Of a DNA stretch of 64,000 nucleotides, positions 1 to 9,759 are shown piece after piece; the stretch's first letter is position 1, and the number at the start of each line of letters is the position of its first letter. Where the stretch lies: positions 1-64,000 of the IMG/VR virus record IMGVR_UViG_3300043432_000485; one strand, written 5' to 3'. The notes beneath the pieces were generated by a model. It ran no database searches. It worked only from the letters and a program-made list of their open reading frames with translations, and was not told where the DNA came from. Both the position numbers and the translations under genes were made by a program. The stretch is from a virus. Lineage: Duplodnaviria > Caudoviricetes.

Positions 1-309
1 GTGACCGAACAGATCAGAGTACATGTGTTCACGGATAAACGGCTGACTGCTGAAACCCTCCAGGACGTATACGGGATGCAGGAAGTCAGGGACCTGACAT
101 CTCTTGGGCTTGTGTCTGGCCTTCTCACACAAGAGTCCATCGACTCGTTGCGGGCTCTGAATGTGTCCGTGTATCCAAACTATGAGCGCCAGCTTCCTCC
201 TCATGAGGTTGCCGATGTCCCACAGGATGCGGCTCCCGTACGCCTGTTCAAGCGTGCGCGGTCTTGGCTCCGCCTGAATCTCGATGACATCGATGACGGG
301 TATCGATGA
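1..309 (+). CDS. Hypothetical protein (possibly 5'-partial; weak resemblance to subtilase propeptide/I9-like small proteins)
   Basis: Open frame from window edge; family resemblance is an impression only. Confidence 0.45.
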   Translation: MTEQIRVHVFTDKRLTAETLQDVYGMQEVRDLTSLGLVSGLLTQESIDSLRALNVSVYPNYERQLPPHEVADVPQDAAPVRLFKRARSWLRLNLDDIDDGYR

Positions 310-329
310 TCATCTCAGAGGCTTGCAAA

Positions 330-764
330 TCACAGTCTTTTGAGCCAGAACGCCCCAAACTTTGGGTCCGGGATAAACCCCAAGGAAGCATAGAAGCATC
401 TCCCCACATCATCATGTGGGTACGCCAGCATTTCTTGGCATGAGGTGTGAGACTTTAGGTCCTCTTCAATAGCGCCGGCAATGCACGTGGCTAGTCTCTT
501 CCGGCGACGTGGCATATCCGTAAACACATTGATCAGTCTCCGGCCAGGCTCCAGCGTCAATGAGTCTAGGGCATGCGTGCCCCATGCTCTGGGTGACACG
601 CTCACCTCCCAAAACGCTATAGTGCCATGCATCTCATCGGTGGTGAGCTGGGAGTAGAGGATGCTGTCCTTAGGCGGCTTCTTCGTCAGGGCAAGCAATC
701 TAGGAAGGATTGGGTTGCCGTCCGCTATGAGGGTCACGATGGGAGAGCTGAGTATGCGGGGCAC
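330..764 (-). CDS. GNAT-family acetyltransferase
   Basis: RRKRLAT acetyl-CoA loop-like segment and C-terminal FYASLGF motif. Confidence 0.6.
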   Translation of the reverse strand: MPRILSSPIVTLIADGNPILPRLLALTKKPPKDSILYSQLTTDEMHGTIAFWEVSVSPRAWGTHALDSLTLEPGRRLINVFTDMPRRRKRLATCIAGAIEEDLKSHTSCQEMLAYPHDDVGRCFYASLGFIPDPKFGAFWLKRL

Positions 765-776
765 CCCTTAGCTGGA

Positions 777-1472
777 TCAGAAGGAGCTTATCCGTCGTCT
801 TCGAGCGTAGCGACAGGGTTTGCATACACGTCTGCGCGTCTTACCAGACAGGAACTCTGAGTATGGTTTATCTTCACAGCAGTCTCTGCACATCTGACTA
901 GATGGTTCCACGAAGGGACGCTTGCTTCCCTTGTTCCACGCAGTCCTCCCCTTAGTGGCGGCCGAGATGTTAGCCTTACGTTCTTGGGAGAAGGATTTTC
1001 CTGTCTGCCTCTCGCTGGTCAATCTCCCAATTCTCAGGTAGACCTCGGAGGAATGCTTGCGCCCTCGACCCTTTTCGCCGATCTTTCGGCGCGTTTCCTC
1101 TGAGTGGCTCCTACCAAACATAGAGTTCCTGGCCCCGGCTTGGGCTATCTTATTAGATTCACTGTTCTTCTTTCTACTATCTTCAGATGGTTTGAAGCCT
1201 GAAACCCCCTCTCCCCCAAGAGTCAAATTTGCTCCCCATCCATCGGGGACGAACGTGTTCAGTAGGGAGATCGTTTCGGATTCCACGTACAAAGCCAAGC
1301 CTTCATCGAATGTCTCGAATATGACTCGACGCTGGATGCCGTACTTAGCCTTTATGCGGGTGTGGACTACATTTCTACTGAAATCCTGCAACCTATTGGC
1401 ATTACCCTTACCAACGTAGAATGGCCTGGAACTCAACTCAGTGGTTGAATCTATGTACACGAAGAACTTCAC
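777..1472 (-). CDS. GIY-YIG-type homing endonuclease with NUMOD3 repeats
   Basis: FFVY...FYVGKG..NRL, NLTLGGEG, repeated HSEETRRKIG-like units. Confidence 0.8.
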   Translation of the reverse strand: MKFFVYIDSTTELSSRPFYVGKGNANRLQDFSRNVVHTRIKAKYGIQRRVIFETFDEGLALYVESETISLLNTFVPDGWGANLTLGGEGVSGFKPSEDSRKKNSESNKIAQAGARNSMFGRSHSEETRRKIGEKGRGRKHSSEVYLRIGRLTSERQTGKSFSQERKANISAATKGRTAWNKGSKRPFVEPSSQMCRDCCEDKPYSEFLSGKTRRRVCKPCRYARRRRISSF

Positions 1473-1496
1473 GAAATGATGGGATCTACACCGGTA

Positions 1497-2813
1497 TCAG
1501 AGCAATTGACTTGCTCTCTCTGCTAATTCGGATCTTTCACCTTTGGTCAAGGTCACGTGAGCGCCGATGCGCTCCTTCTTGAACCGCTCTGCAACCGTCG
1601 AGAGCCCGTTGCTCAGGGAGTCCACGTAGGGGTTGTCGATCTGGTCCGGGTCACCGGTGAGAACGATTTTCGTGTCGGTTCCGCAGCGAGTGACGATCGT
1701 CTTGACCTCGTGTGGCGTGAGGTTCTGAGCCTCATCGACGATCAAGAACTGGTTGGGCAGAGTTCGCCCACGGATGTACGTGAGAGCTTCAACCTGGATG
1801 GTCCCCGAGGCTACCAGCTCTTCATAGCTGCGCCCAATTTCAGCTCTCCCACCACCGGACCCAAAGATGTACTCCAGGTTGTCGAAGATAGGTTGCATCC
1901 AAGGGCTGAGCTTCTCTTCAATGGTGCCGGGTAGGAAGCCTACGTCTTTCCCCAGCGGGAACACGGGACGAGATACGAGCAGCCTGGAATGGGTGCCCTC
2001 TGACAGCACCTTCCGGAGCCCGGCCGCGACTGCCAGCAGTGTCTTTCCAGTGCCTGCTCTCCCAACCAATGTCACAAGCTTGATCTGATCATTGAGTAGC
2101 AGGTCCAGTGCGAAACTCTGTTCGAGGTTGCGCGGCTTCACTCCCATGCATCCCTCTCTCGGTACTCTTAGAGGGACGATCTGAGCCACTTGGGCATCAT
2201 AGCGCCCCAGCGCCGAGTGCTTCATGTTGCACTCATCGATCAGCATGATCCCAGCGTTCGGGTACAGACCATCGATGAACGATGGAGGAGGCGCCACCGG
2301 TTGGCGCTTGCCCAACAGGTCCACCATCTCCGAGCTGACTACCAACGTTTGGAACCCGCTGTAGAGAGTCTCATCTTCGATCTTCCCAGCGTCGTAGGTC
2401 TCAGCCTTCAACCCGAGAGCGTCAGCTCGAATCCTCAGATTCGAGTCCATCGACACCATGATGGTCTGCTTGTCGAGATGCGCATCGCGCTCCAGGAGTG
2501 CGACTTGGATGATCTTGTGATCAGCGTTTCCGCTGTAGTCCATCAGCGCATTTGGCGGGACTGCTACTCTGAGCCTTCCACCAGACGGGAGGTTGACGCC
2601 CGACTGCAGGTTGGTCTCTGCTTTCTCTCGAAGCTCGTCTAGGATACGTGAAATCGTGCGGGCGTTGCGGCCCAGCTCGTTCATCTCCTTCTTGAAATTG
2701 TCTACTTCCTCGATGACATAGATGGGCAGAACTACGTCGTGCTCATCGAACTTGAAGATCGCCCTGGGGTCGTGTAGCAGGACATTGGTGTCAAGGACAA
2801 ATAGCTTGCTCAT
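1497..2813 (-). CDS. phoH: PhoH-family protein with N-terminal PIN domain (YlaK-like)
   Basis: LDTNVLLHDP PIN start, GRAGTGKT Walker A, YIRGRT, IVDEAQN, TGDPDQID. Confidence 0.93.
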   Translation of the reverse strand: MSKLFVLDTNVLLHDPRAIFKFDEHDVVLPIYVIEEVDNFKKEMNELGRNARTISRILDELREKAETNLQSGVNLPSGGRLRVAVPPNALMDYSGNADHKIIQVALLERDAHLDKQTIMVSMDSNLRIRADALGLKAETYDAGKIEDETLYSGFQTLVVSSEMVDLLGKRQPVAPPPSFIDGLYPNAGIMLIDECNMKHSALGRYDAQVAQIVPLRVPREGCMGVKPRNLEQSFALDLLLNDQIKLVTLVGRAGTGKTLLAVAAGLRKVLSEGTHSRLLVSRPVFPLGKDVGFLPGTIEEKLSPWMQPIFDNLEYIFGSGGGRAEIGRSYEELVASGTIQVEALTYIRGRTLPNQFLIVDEAQNLTPHEVKTIVTRCGTDTKIVLTGDPDQIDNPYVDSLSNGLSTVAERFKKERIGAHVTLTKGERSELAERASQLL

Positions 2814-2871
2814 GCGTGGGAAAGGCCCTCACCTAAGCGGTACACCAAAGGGTTCTCGAACGCTAAACCTG

Positions 2872-3576
2872 TTATGAATTCGCAGTTGGAATCACCGAGC
2901 TGCCATCCATGTGGTGGATGCGCTGCTGTACAAATTCTGCTGACTGCTGTTCGTTCGAGATGTTAGTCCCGAAGCGTTTGCGAAACAATCGGGTCAACTT
3001 CGACTTGCAGCTGCGCACCGCTGGCGCCGATTTCCCTCTCAGGGCCTTGACGAGTCCCGTGGTGAGGTAGGCATTGATCTCATCGACCAGGACCTCTTCA
3101 CAGTAGCCCATGTCTCGCAACGCCTGCTTGAACTCCTCGAAGTCGTGTCCCTGCACCACTTCATTCACAGCCTGTGCGTAGTCCTCGTAGAGGTAGAAGA
3201 GCCCGTGCACCACCTCATGCTGAATCAACCCGGCGCGCTTAGGGTTCAGGTAGGTGCCGATCACGTAGAACTTGTCCGGCACATCCTGCAGCTGATCAAG
3301 TAGCCAGACCTCTTTGCGGGTGAATGGCCCGAATCGGCTAGGCGTGAACCTGTCTACCACATAGGAAGGGAAGTTGAATCCTCCCCAGTCTATGTAGTAG
3401 GAGAACTCCCCATTAGCCCGGGTGGTTACGTACCAGTCCTGAAACTCGTCCAGGGTGAATCCCTGACCCCTGAACTTTGGGCTTTCGTAGAACTCCTGGA
3501 AACGCAGGAATGTCGATGTGAGCCAGTACTGGGAGGGCATCTGGAAGTGGTAGACGTGGAATTTGTCATCAGACAT
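2872..3576 (-). CDS. Putative zincin metallopeptidase, conserved phage hypothetical
   Basis: HEVVH followed by downstream EINAY; start placed at MSDD from GGTGTA motif spacing. Confidence 0.55.
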   Translation of the reverse strand: MSDDKFHVYHFQMPSQYWLTSTFLRFQEFYESPKFRGQGFTLDEFQDWYVTTRANGEFSYYIDWGGFNFPSYVVDRFTPSRFGPFTRKEVWLLDQLQDVPDKFYVIGTYLNPKRAGLIQHEVVHGLFYLYEDYAQAVNEVVQGHDFEEFKQALRDMGYCEEVLVDEINAYLTTGLVKALRGKSAPAVRSCKSKLTRLFRKRFGTNISNEQQSAEFVQQRIHHMDGSSVIPTANS

Positions 3577-3594
3577 ACCCCACATCTACACCAC

Positions 3595-3810
3595 TTAGCG
3601 TTCGGGGCGCGGCGCTGGCTTGGTATCGGTACGCGGATAGTCTCGCAACGGCGTCTCCCTAGCGGCCCCCGGGCGCAAGTGCCATTCCTCGCAAGAAGGG
3701 CACAAAGTCCAACGATATCCTTCAGGGGCGGTCCTTCTCACTTCTCGCAACTCTGGCTCATCCTCAGGGGATGGGGTGTGCGGCGGAGGGAGGATGGAAT
3801 CTAGGGCCAT
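3595..3810 (-). CDS. Small hypothetical protein with CxxC
   Basis: Fills gap between co-oriented genes. Confidence 0.45.
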   Translation of the reverse strand: MALDSILPPPHTPSPEDEPELREVRRTAPEGYRWTLCPSCEEWHLRPGAARETPLRDYPRTDTKPAPRPER

Positions 3811-3820
3811 GTTTTTACCG

Positions 3821-4237
3821 CTACCGTGAAATGAGAGCCAACCCTGCCATGATCATAGCTAGCCCGCAACCGGCTTTCAAGGAGATTGTCTCCCCGACAA
3901 ATAGCACTGTTAGAAGTAGAGTAACGACAGGGGCTGCATGGATGACCGCATTGACTACCCCGGGGGACCTAGTCTTCTCCAGGGCTACCACGGTGGAATA
4001 GCCCCCTAGAACTCCCATCAGGGATGCGGCAGCTGCCCAACCCACACCTGGAGCGTTCAGAATGATGGGCCTACCCATCTTGGCCAGTACCCAGGTAAGC
4101 ATCAGGGTGAAAACCACGTTCGTAGAGCTGTAAGCCAGCTGAGTGGACCCGGGATTCAACCTCTTGGCAGCCAGATCAAGGAAGAGGCCCCAGAATCCAA
4201 ATCCGATGATGGCTGTCGTGATGGCTGTCCAGTTCAT
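3821..4237 (-). CDS. EamA/DMT-family small transporter
   Basis: Hydrophobic helices, FWG near N-terminus, APVVTLLLTVLFVGETIS EamA signature. Confidence 0.8.
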   Translation of the reverse strand: MNWTAITTAIIGFGFWGLFLDLAAKRLNPGSTQLAYSSTNVVFTLMLTWVLAKMGRPIILNAPGVGWAAAASLMGVLGGYSTVVALEKTRSPGVVNAVIHAAPVVTLLLTVLFVGETISLKAGCGLAMIMAGLALISR

Positions 4238-4731
4238 TTTGTGACCTCGCACTTGACCCATTGCAGTGGGCCACCGCACGCCACGTGTAGCTCGCATGCG
4301 GCTTTGGCTGCTTTCTTGGCGAGGGTCAAAGCTTGGTCAAGAGTAGTGACCGGATCCGCTACAGAGAGCACCCCGGCCGAGTACTGGGACCCCGAGCCTT
4401 CTGAGGCCCAGTACTTGTGCTTGGTCTCAGAACCAGAGTGGTCGGAAGCCCATAAGCGATCGTTGACCTTGTCGTAGCAGAGGATCCCGAACTCATAGTC
4501 AACCGAACAGTTGGTAAAAAAGTTGCGCACATCTTGGTAGAACTGGATCTCAGCGCGCTTGAAGTGATCGATAATCGCTAGGTTGCCCGAGACAGCAATC
4601 GACACGTATTCGAACTGCACAATTTTGCGCGCTGACTTGGTCCAGATCCTCCCATCGGAACCTGTCACCTGACTGTCGGTGAGCAATATGCAACCTTTTT
4701 TGGGGACCCGGATGCCTACTGCCACTGTCAT
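4234..4731 (-). CDS. Ntn-hydrolase, proteasome-beta/HslV-like protease
   Basis: MT start exposing Thr1, TDSQ, SGN, GSGS, CGG motifs. Confidence 0.65.
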   Translation of the reverse strand: MTVAVGIRVPKKGCILLTDSQVTGSDGRIWTKSARKIVQFEYVSIAVSGNLAIIDHFKRAEIQFYQDVRNFFTNCSVDYEFGILCYDKVNDRLWASDHSGSETKHKYWASEGSGSQYSAGVLSVADPVTTLDQALTLAKKAAKAACELHVACGGPLQWVKCEVTK

Positions 4732-5108
4732 GGTAAAGAGGCCTTCCCTAAGTAAACCAGGGCGGAGGACACGAACTCGGAATGCTCCAAGAAGCCTAGC
4801 CCTACGTTGCACCTATCACACAACAAACCTCTTACGACTTCAGTGGTATGACAATGATCTACGTGAGGCCTGTTGGAGTACTCGGCCCCGAAATCCTTCT
4901 GGCATATCGCGCACCGATTGGATTGTGCCACTTGCATTGCTTTGAAATTTTCTAAGGTGATACCGTACACGCTTTTCAGGCGAAGATTCTTGGTCTGTTC
5001 GGGGTTGGCATCCCTTGACTTCTTCCGCCAAGCCCTCTCCCTTTCGACGTTATTGGCATAACGTCTGCGGCTAGCAGCCTTCCTCTTCTCTATGTCTTTG
5101 TACGGCAT
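4728..5108 (-). CDS. Endonuclease VII-family homing endonuclease
   Basis: CAIC...HVDHCH..VVRGLLC..CN. Confidence 0.85.
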   Translation of the reverse strand: MPYKDIEKRKAASRRRYANNVERERAWRKKSRDANPEQTKNLRLKSVYGITLENFKAMQVAQSNRCAICQKDFGAEYSNRPHVDHCHTTEVVRGLLCDRCNVGLGFLEHSEFVSSALVYLGKASLP

Positions 5109-5109
5109 T

Positions 5110-6171
5110 TCACAGGAACTGTTCTGCCGATAGCTCGTACTTGGCCACCAAACCATTGATCTGATGCCAAACATCACACCTAATGGAGCGGCGAGATCGG
5201 TATCCTGAATTGGCGTGCCAGGCATCTTTGGGGGCCAGGGTGCTGAAATATTCAATCTCAATCCCTGGAAATTCTTGGGCTTTGTGGTGATGAACGTGGC
5301 CACAATAGACGTGCGCCCGATCCGTGTCGCCCCACATCTTTCGCGCGTCCTGCGCTACGATGCTGGGGAGCTTGGCCATTGCAGCCTTGTCTCCGTGGGT
5401 AGAGGCGATCAGATTGCGCCCGAAACGGTGGTACCAGATCATCTGAAGGTTGGGGGCGATGGTGACCCGCGGGTTGTTGCGCCATCTCTCTTCCAACAGC
5501 ATCTGGATCACCAACGACGTCAGGTCATCGTGGTTGCCGCGGTTGTTCACGACCTCTACATGAGTATGCTTCTGCAAGCCCTCCGTGATCGCTAGGTTCA
5601 TGGTCTCAACGAAGATTCGGACTACCTTCGGCCAGCGGGAGTCGGTGTCCACTCGGGTGCCGGCTGTCGTCTGGGAGTTGTTACCGTCGGCATGGACTGC
5701 GTCACCCAGATTGATCAAGAGCAGTCGGGATGATGGAGGGGTGATCCGGAGAGCCTCACGGATTGCATTCGAGTGCACCTTGCGAGCAATGTCGATGTCC
5801 CAATCGTCTCCTGTCTCCTTGTCCCAGGACAGCATGCCGAAGTGGGGGTCACCCAGGACGATTGCCACTTCATGGTCAGCCGTGCTCTCAACCGTTTGAT
5901 TGACCACAGGAGCTGGAGGGAGGGGATCAGCCAGCAAGGCGCCCCGAATGATCTCCATCAGCATCTGAGGGTCATTCACATCCTTGGTCTTGACCCATTG
6001 AAGCACTGGAGTGACGCTGCCATCAGCGTTGAACTTGTTCATCGTGCTCGCGCCGCGCAGCGCATAGCCGGTGGGTGCGCGTTCACGGTGAAGATCCGGA
6101 TTTTTGCGAGCCATCGCAGCTTCGATCAAAACGTCCGCGCTTTCGAGTACAGTGTAATTGTCACACGTCAT
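5110..6171 (-). CDS. Calcineurin-like metallophosphoesterase (phage type)
   Basis: GDPH, GDAVH, GNHD, THGD, GHVHH motifs. Confidence 0.8.
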   Translation of the reverse strand: MTCDNYTVLESADVLIEAAMARKNPDLHRERAPTGYALRGASTMNKFNADGSVTPVLQWVKTKDVNDPQMLMEIIRGALLADPLPPAPVVNQTVESTADHEVAIVLGDPHFGMLSWDKETGDDWDIDIARKVHSNAIREALRITPPSSRLLLINLGDAVHADGNNSQTTAGTRVDTDSRWPKVVRIFVETMNLAITEGLQKHTHVEVVNNRGNHDDLTSLVIQMLLEERWRNNPRVTIAPNLQMIWYHRFGRNLIASTHGDKAAMAKLPSIVAQDARKMWGDTDRAHVYCGHVHHHKAQEFPGIEIEYFSTLAPKDAWHANSGYRSRRSIRCDVWHQINGLVAKYELSAEQFL

Positions 6172-6437
6172 TTAGAACCTTTGCTCCTGTGCTTCATCCA
6201 CCGGTACACCGCATCTTTGCTCACCTCGACCTTGTTGCGCCCGAGCCATTGAGCGACCTTGATAGATCCAATGTGCCGCTCAGGGTGCTTACGGTTGTGT
6301 TCGAGGATTTTTTCCAGCTCAGGGAGAAACACTGGTGGTGGTTGCCAACCTTTCTCCGTGGCTTCGCTGATGAGGTCATCAGCGGATGGTGGTGACTGAT
6401 CTGTAGCGTTGTGCTGAGTCACTTGCCTAGCCTTCAA
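6168..6437 (-). CDS. Hypothetical protein
   Basis: Stop overlaps next start; GGTGTA motif upstream. Confidence 0.55.
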   Translation of the reverse strand: MKARQVTQHNATDQSPPSADDLISEATEKGWQPPPVFLPELEKILEHNRKHPERHIGSIKVAQWLGRNKVEVSKDAVYRWMKHRSKGSK

Positions 6438-6518
6438 ACAAGGGGATTAGAGGCCCGTACACCAGTCCAACGATTTGTGGGCCGGTGTTACTGCATTTAT
6501 TGCGTCTCGTAGATAGCC

Positions 6519-6749
6519 ATGCAGCTGAGAAACCCAGCCGAGCCCAAGCATATCCACAAGTGGCAGCTCTACACTCCTGCCATCGACATAGAGTTGGCGG
6601 AGTACATCGGGGTGGCGGTGGAGCAGAGTTTGTGGGTCTATCGTAAGTGCGATTGCAAGGCCCGCATGCGCTGCAAGGCATACCTGGTGTCCGGGTATTC
6701 CCAGGAATGCAAGCCCTACGCGGACGAGGGCTGGGAGCCGGTGCCATGA
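6519..6749 (+). CDS. Hypothetical Cys/His-containing protein
   Basis: First of three consecutive short plus-strand ORFs. Confidence 0.45.
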   Translation: MQLRNPAEPKHIHKWQLYTPAIDIELAEYIGVAVEQSLWVYRKCDCKARMRCKAYLVSGYSQECKPYADEGWEPVP

Positions 6750-6786
6750 CTTGCTGCGAGTCCCCGAGTGGGGTAGGGTGCCACTG

Positions 6787-7008
6787 ATGGACAACCCTTT
6801 CAAAGGCCAGGAGCGCCCACCAATGGTGGTCCTGATCCTCTTTGGTGTGTGGGTTGCGTTATGGGTAGGAATCATCGTGGGTGATTACCTTGCCCCTACA
6901 CCCAAAACGTGCACCACTACATGCTCGTTACCTGCACCGACGAATGGCCTGCTCTTGTTCCAACACGAGCAGCAGAAGCAGTACCTGGATCAACACCGGA
7001 GCGAATGA
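6787..7008 (+). CDS. Small membrane protein
   Basis: One hydrophobic helix. Confidence 0.5.
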   Translation: MDNPFKGQERPPMVVLILFGVWVALWVGIIVGDYLAPTPKTCTTTCSLPAPTNGLLLFQHEQQKQYLDQHRSE

Positions 7009-7107
7009 ATGCGGAAGCTAGTCGAATCTGAGAAGGAAGGGATCGCGCTGGCGATCGTGTGCTCCCTGATCACTGGCCTGATTGTCATGTGGCTGTGCGG
7101 CCACTAG
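7009..7107 (+). CDS. Very small membrane protein (MRKLVESEKEGIALAIVCSLITGLIVMWLCGH)
   Basis: ATG immediately after upstream TGA; one TM helix; not in supplied ORF track. Confidence 0.45.
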   Translation: MRKLVESEKEGIALAIVCSLITGLIVMWLCGH

Positions 7108-7610
7108 GCCCCGAACTTCACCGGACCCTTGCGGGGGATGGTCAAGATCCGGATGCGCCCGCCGCATGCGGCGTTACGCCGGCAAGCGATCGCCATGGCG
7201 GCCGACACATGCTTGTGCGCAGTTTCTAGCGTCTTAGCCAGTGGCAAGGCCTCCAAAGCCCCTAGCCCGAAAGATGCCCCACACCCGATACCGGCAATGT
7301 TGCGGGTGATCATGACGTCACCGACGAAAAGCCGGTCTGCGCGCTTGTCGTAGGCCATCCATTGGGTGTCCGAATCCGCATGCTCATCGAGCGTAGCGCG
7401 CAGCGTCGTGTAGCTCTTGGGGGGATTTGTTTGGAGTTGCATCCACATTTTCCCTAGAGTGCCGGCCACTAAAACCGTGACTGGGCCACATAGCGCATAT
7501 TTCTTCTCAGCGTCGCTGAGGATCTCATTGGACCCTTCATCGCACACACGGCCATCACAAGCCAGGATTGCCCCTTCCCCGGGAATTCGATATGCAAGGC
7601 ATACAGTCAC
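7104..7610 (-). CDS. Second Ntn-hydrolase, proteasome-beta/HslV-like protease
   Basis: MTV start, ACDG, VAG, GIGCG, CGG motifs; paralogous to 4234..4731. Confidence 0.7.
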   Translation of the reverse strand: MTVCLAYRIPGEGAILACDGRVCDEGSNEILSDAEKKYALCGPVTVLVAGTLGKMWMQLQTNPPKSYTTLRATLDEHADSDTQWMAYDKRADRLFVGDVMITRNIAGIGCGASFGLGALEALPLAKTLETAHKHVSAAMAIACRRNAACGGRIRILTIPRKGPVKFGA

Positions 7611-7676
7611 GGTGTAATATTACCTTCTGGTAGGAAGCGGCAGCGAGGTGCTGCCGGACGCTACTTCAAAGGCAAT

Positions 7677-8267
7677 TTACAAGGGATTAGGCGGTAAAAC
7701 TGAGCCCGGAGGCGGGTTGGTTTTTGGCGGCTGGATGCTTTTCAGGGGCGCCGGGAGCAAGGAATAATGCCACGGACTATCCTCGGGAAGCTCGTCCTGA
7801 GGGACGTGCCTCCACACCAGATCCAGGTGCTGATTGGCTTCGGTTGCGCCTTGCCCCGCGCACCAGATCAGCACGTGGAGGGTCTCATGAACCCTGACTG
7901 AGTAGGCTAGCCCGTTGTTGGCCTCACGGTTGATGACAACTCTGCCACCATGCTCCCAGTCGTAGTGCTCCATGCACGCGGCTACGTGACGGCCGCAAGC
8001 TTCAATGGTGCCCTTGTCATCCAGGATTCGAAACTGAATCCTCAGCGCATCGTTAGCGCAGTGTGCAGAGGCCTTTCCATGCTCTAGCTCCCAGATACGG
8101 ATTGCCGCTTGAACTGGAGTTTCGGGGCTATCTGGAGTAGTGGACCAAACAGGAGGCTTGACATCTGGCTCTGCGGTGACTGGTTGTGGCTTTGGCGGAG
8201 GCTTGACGGGCTGGGTAGCACAACTCAAACCGACGAACACCGCGACCACAACCAAGGCTGAGCGCAT
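7677..8267 (-). CDS. Lipoprotein with HExxH metallopeptidase motif
   Basis: Lipobox GLSC after hydrophobic stretch; HETLH. Confidence 0.6.
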   Translation of the reverse strand: MRSALVVVAVFVGLSCATQPVKPPPKPQPVTAEPDVKPPVWSTTPDSPETPVQAAIRIWELEHGKASAHCANDALRIQFRILDDKGTIEACGRHVAACMEHYDWEHGGRVVINREANNGLAYSVRVHETLHVLIWCAGQGATEANQHLDLVWRHVPQDELPEDSPWHYSLLPAPLKSIQPPKTNPPPGSVLPPNPL

Positions 8268-8308
8268 ACTCAAGCCAAGGCATAAGTGCTTTTCCTACCT
8301 TAGACTAC

Positions 8309-8758
8309 TTAGCGACCTGAGGAGTCCTTGGATTCGATCGGCTGCGGGTTGGACACGAACGACTGACAGCTTAGAGTCAAGAGTGCTACCAAGCCCTTCT
8401 TGTTCTTCAGAGTCACGACACTGACGTTGTTGTCAGCCTTTCCCGTCTGACAGGACACTTGTGTTGTCGTGGTGGAGTTCCCGGTGCTGCACTCCAGGTA
8501 GCTGGTGGTGATTCCGATCCTGTGCTCCATCACAGAGCCCGCGATGCATTTCCACTCCCGGAACTCTTTGGGGAGCCCCAGGTAGCCTCCAAGCATGAAG
8601 GTCGGTAGTGCGGTGGCAACTGATTCCTTGGTGCCAACCTGGAGCTTCAGGTCGAACACGGTGGTCCAAGTATCCGCCGCCTTGGCTCCTCTGATCCCGA
8701 TGACGACCAAGGGGAGCAACATCAGGGACAGATACAGCGCTCGGACGCTAGCTCGCAT
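8309..8758 (-). CDS. Secreted hypothetical protein (start uncertain)
   Basis: Signal peptide ending AKA; beta-rich Cys-containing body. Confidence 0.55.
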   Translation of the reverse strand: MRASVRALYLSLMLLPLVVIGIRGAKAADTWTTVFDLKLQVGTKESVATALPTFMLGGYLGLPKEFREWKCIAGSVMEHRIGITTSYLECSTGNSTTTTQVSCQTGKADNNVSVVTLKNKKGLVALLTLSCQSFVSNPQPIESKDSSGR

Positions 8759-8948
8759 CAACTTCGTCTGGAACGTCATTTTCATCTTCCTTCTCGAACA
8801 GATCCGTCTGACGAGAAACCTCATCGGCAACTTCAGCGATTCGATCCGCGAGCTTGTTGATCCCCCGCCGGATCTCTTCCCTCAGGATGCGCGCCGAATA
8901 GATGAGGGCTCCGCCGAGGATCAGGCTTGCTGCGAAATCGATGTACAT
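8748..8948 (-). CDS. Small membrane-anchored coiled-coil protein
   Basis: N-terminal TM helix, acidic tail. Confidence 0.55.
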   Translation of the reverse strand: MYIDFAASLILGGALIYSARILREEIRRGINKLADRIAEVADEVSRQTDLFEKEDENDVPDEVDAS

Positions 8949-8949
8949 G

Positions 8950-9054
8950 TCACTTCCTGAACGAATGTATGACTACTGACAAGATCCATACCAAGGAGCC
9001 ACTAATGGCCCAGACCCAAGCAACGAAAAGCACACCTTGCAGTACTTGGAGCAT
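8950..9054 (-). CDS. Very small membrane protein
   Basis: TGATG coupling with upstream gene; hydrophobic. Confidence 0.45.
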   Translation of the reverse strand: MLQVLQGVLFVAWVWAISGSLVWILSVVIHSFRK

Positions 9055-9392
9055 CAGACTCGCTGTTCTGTCGGTTTGTCCAGCCCGGACACGATGCGAT
9101 CCTGAGCCTCGGCCACCGCGCGATCGTATGCTTCCTGAGGGGTCAACCTCCACGCATACTTTCCGCTCTCATCCATCAGGTGAGAACCGAGCACCGAGAT
9201 GGCCGTGAAAGTCTCCCCGCTCTCCGGCTCGACATGAGGCTCGTCCAAGATGACGATGTAGTGAAACACCACATGACAGCTTGCGATTCCTCCTACGACC
9301 CCCGTCACCTCTTTGCCGAGGTACTGAGCGTCGACACGGCAACGGGTCTGCAGGGGCACGGGCAGATGGAGGGATGGGGTGATGCGGCTCAT
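9054..9392 (-). CDS. Hypothetical protein
   Basis: GGTGTA motif directly upstream. Confidence 0.6.
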   Translation of the reverse strand: MSRITPSLHLPVPLQTRCRVDAQYLGKEVTGVVGGIASCHVVFHYIVILDEPHVEPESGETFTAISVLGSHLMDESGKYAWRLTPQEAYDRAVAEAQDRIVSGLDKPTEQRV

Positions 9393-9423
9393 GAAAGGTG
9401 CCTACACCGTTGCCGAGTTGAAG

Positions 9424-9723
9424 TCAAGCCCGCCACCGAGCACTGCGTTCAGCCCCGCGTTCGATCGCGCGCTGCGCCGCTTCCCGCTGGCGCCTTGCTT
9501 CGACGACTTCAGGACTGGGTTGCACGGTACGTAGGGAGTCGGCCGGACGGGCCGGCGCAGCCGTTTTGTCAGCCTCGTCCCAATAGTCGACCGGGACGCA
9601 GCGCTCATCAGCGAACTTCTGCGCCAGCTCCGCGGCTTTCTCCGCCGTGCCTCGGAAGCGACGGCGCAATACCGGGCCGAGCGCTTCCGAAAAACCCCAA
9701 TACTGCAGTTCGTGTGTTTCCAT
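9424..9723 (-). CDS. Hypothetical protein
   Basis: AAGGA SD upstream; protein-like composition. Confidence 0.55.
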   Translation of the reverse strand: METHELQYWGFSEALGPVLRRRFRGTAEKAAELAQKFADERCVPVDYWDEADKTAAPARPADSLRTVQPSPEVVEARRQREAAQRAIERGAERSARWRA

Positions 9724-9759
9724 GTCCTTAGCTTACCCGGTACTACATTGGGAAGCCAA

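Noticed and set aside
7605-7630. GGTGTAAT on the plus strand at 7611
   Set aside because: It points away from the adjacent minus-strand gene, with no plus-strand ORF behind it. Treated as chance or part of a small palindrome.
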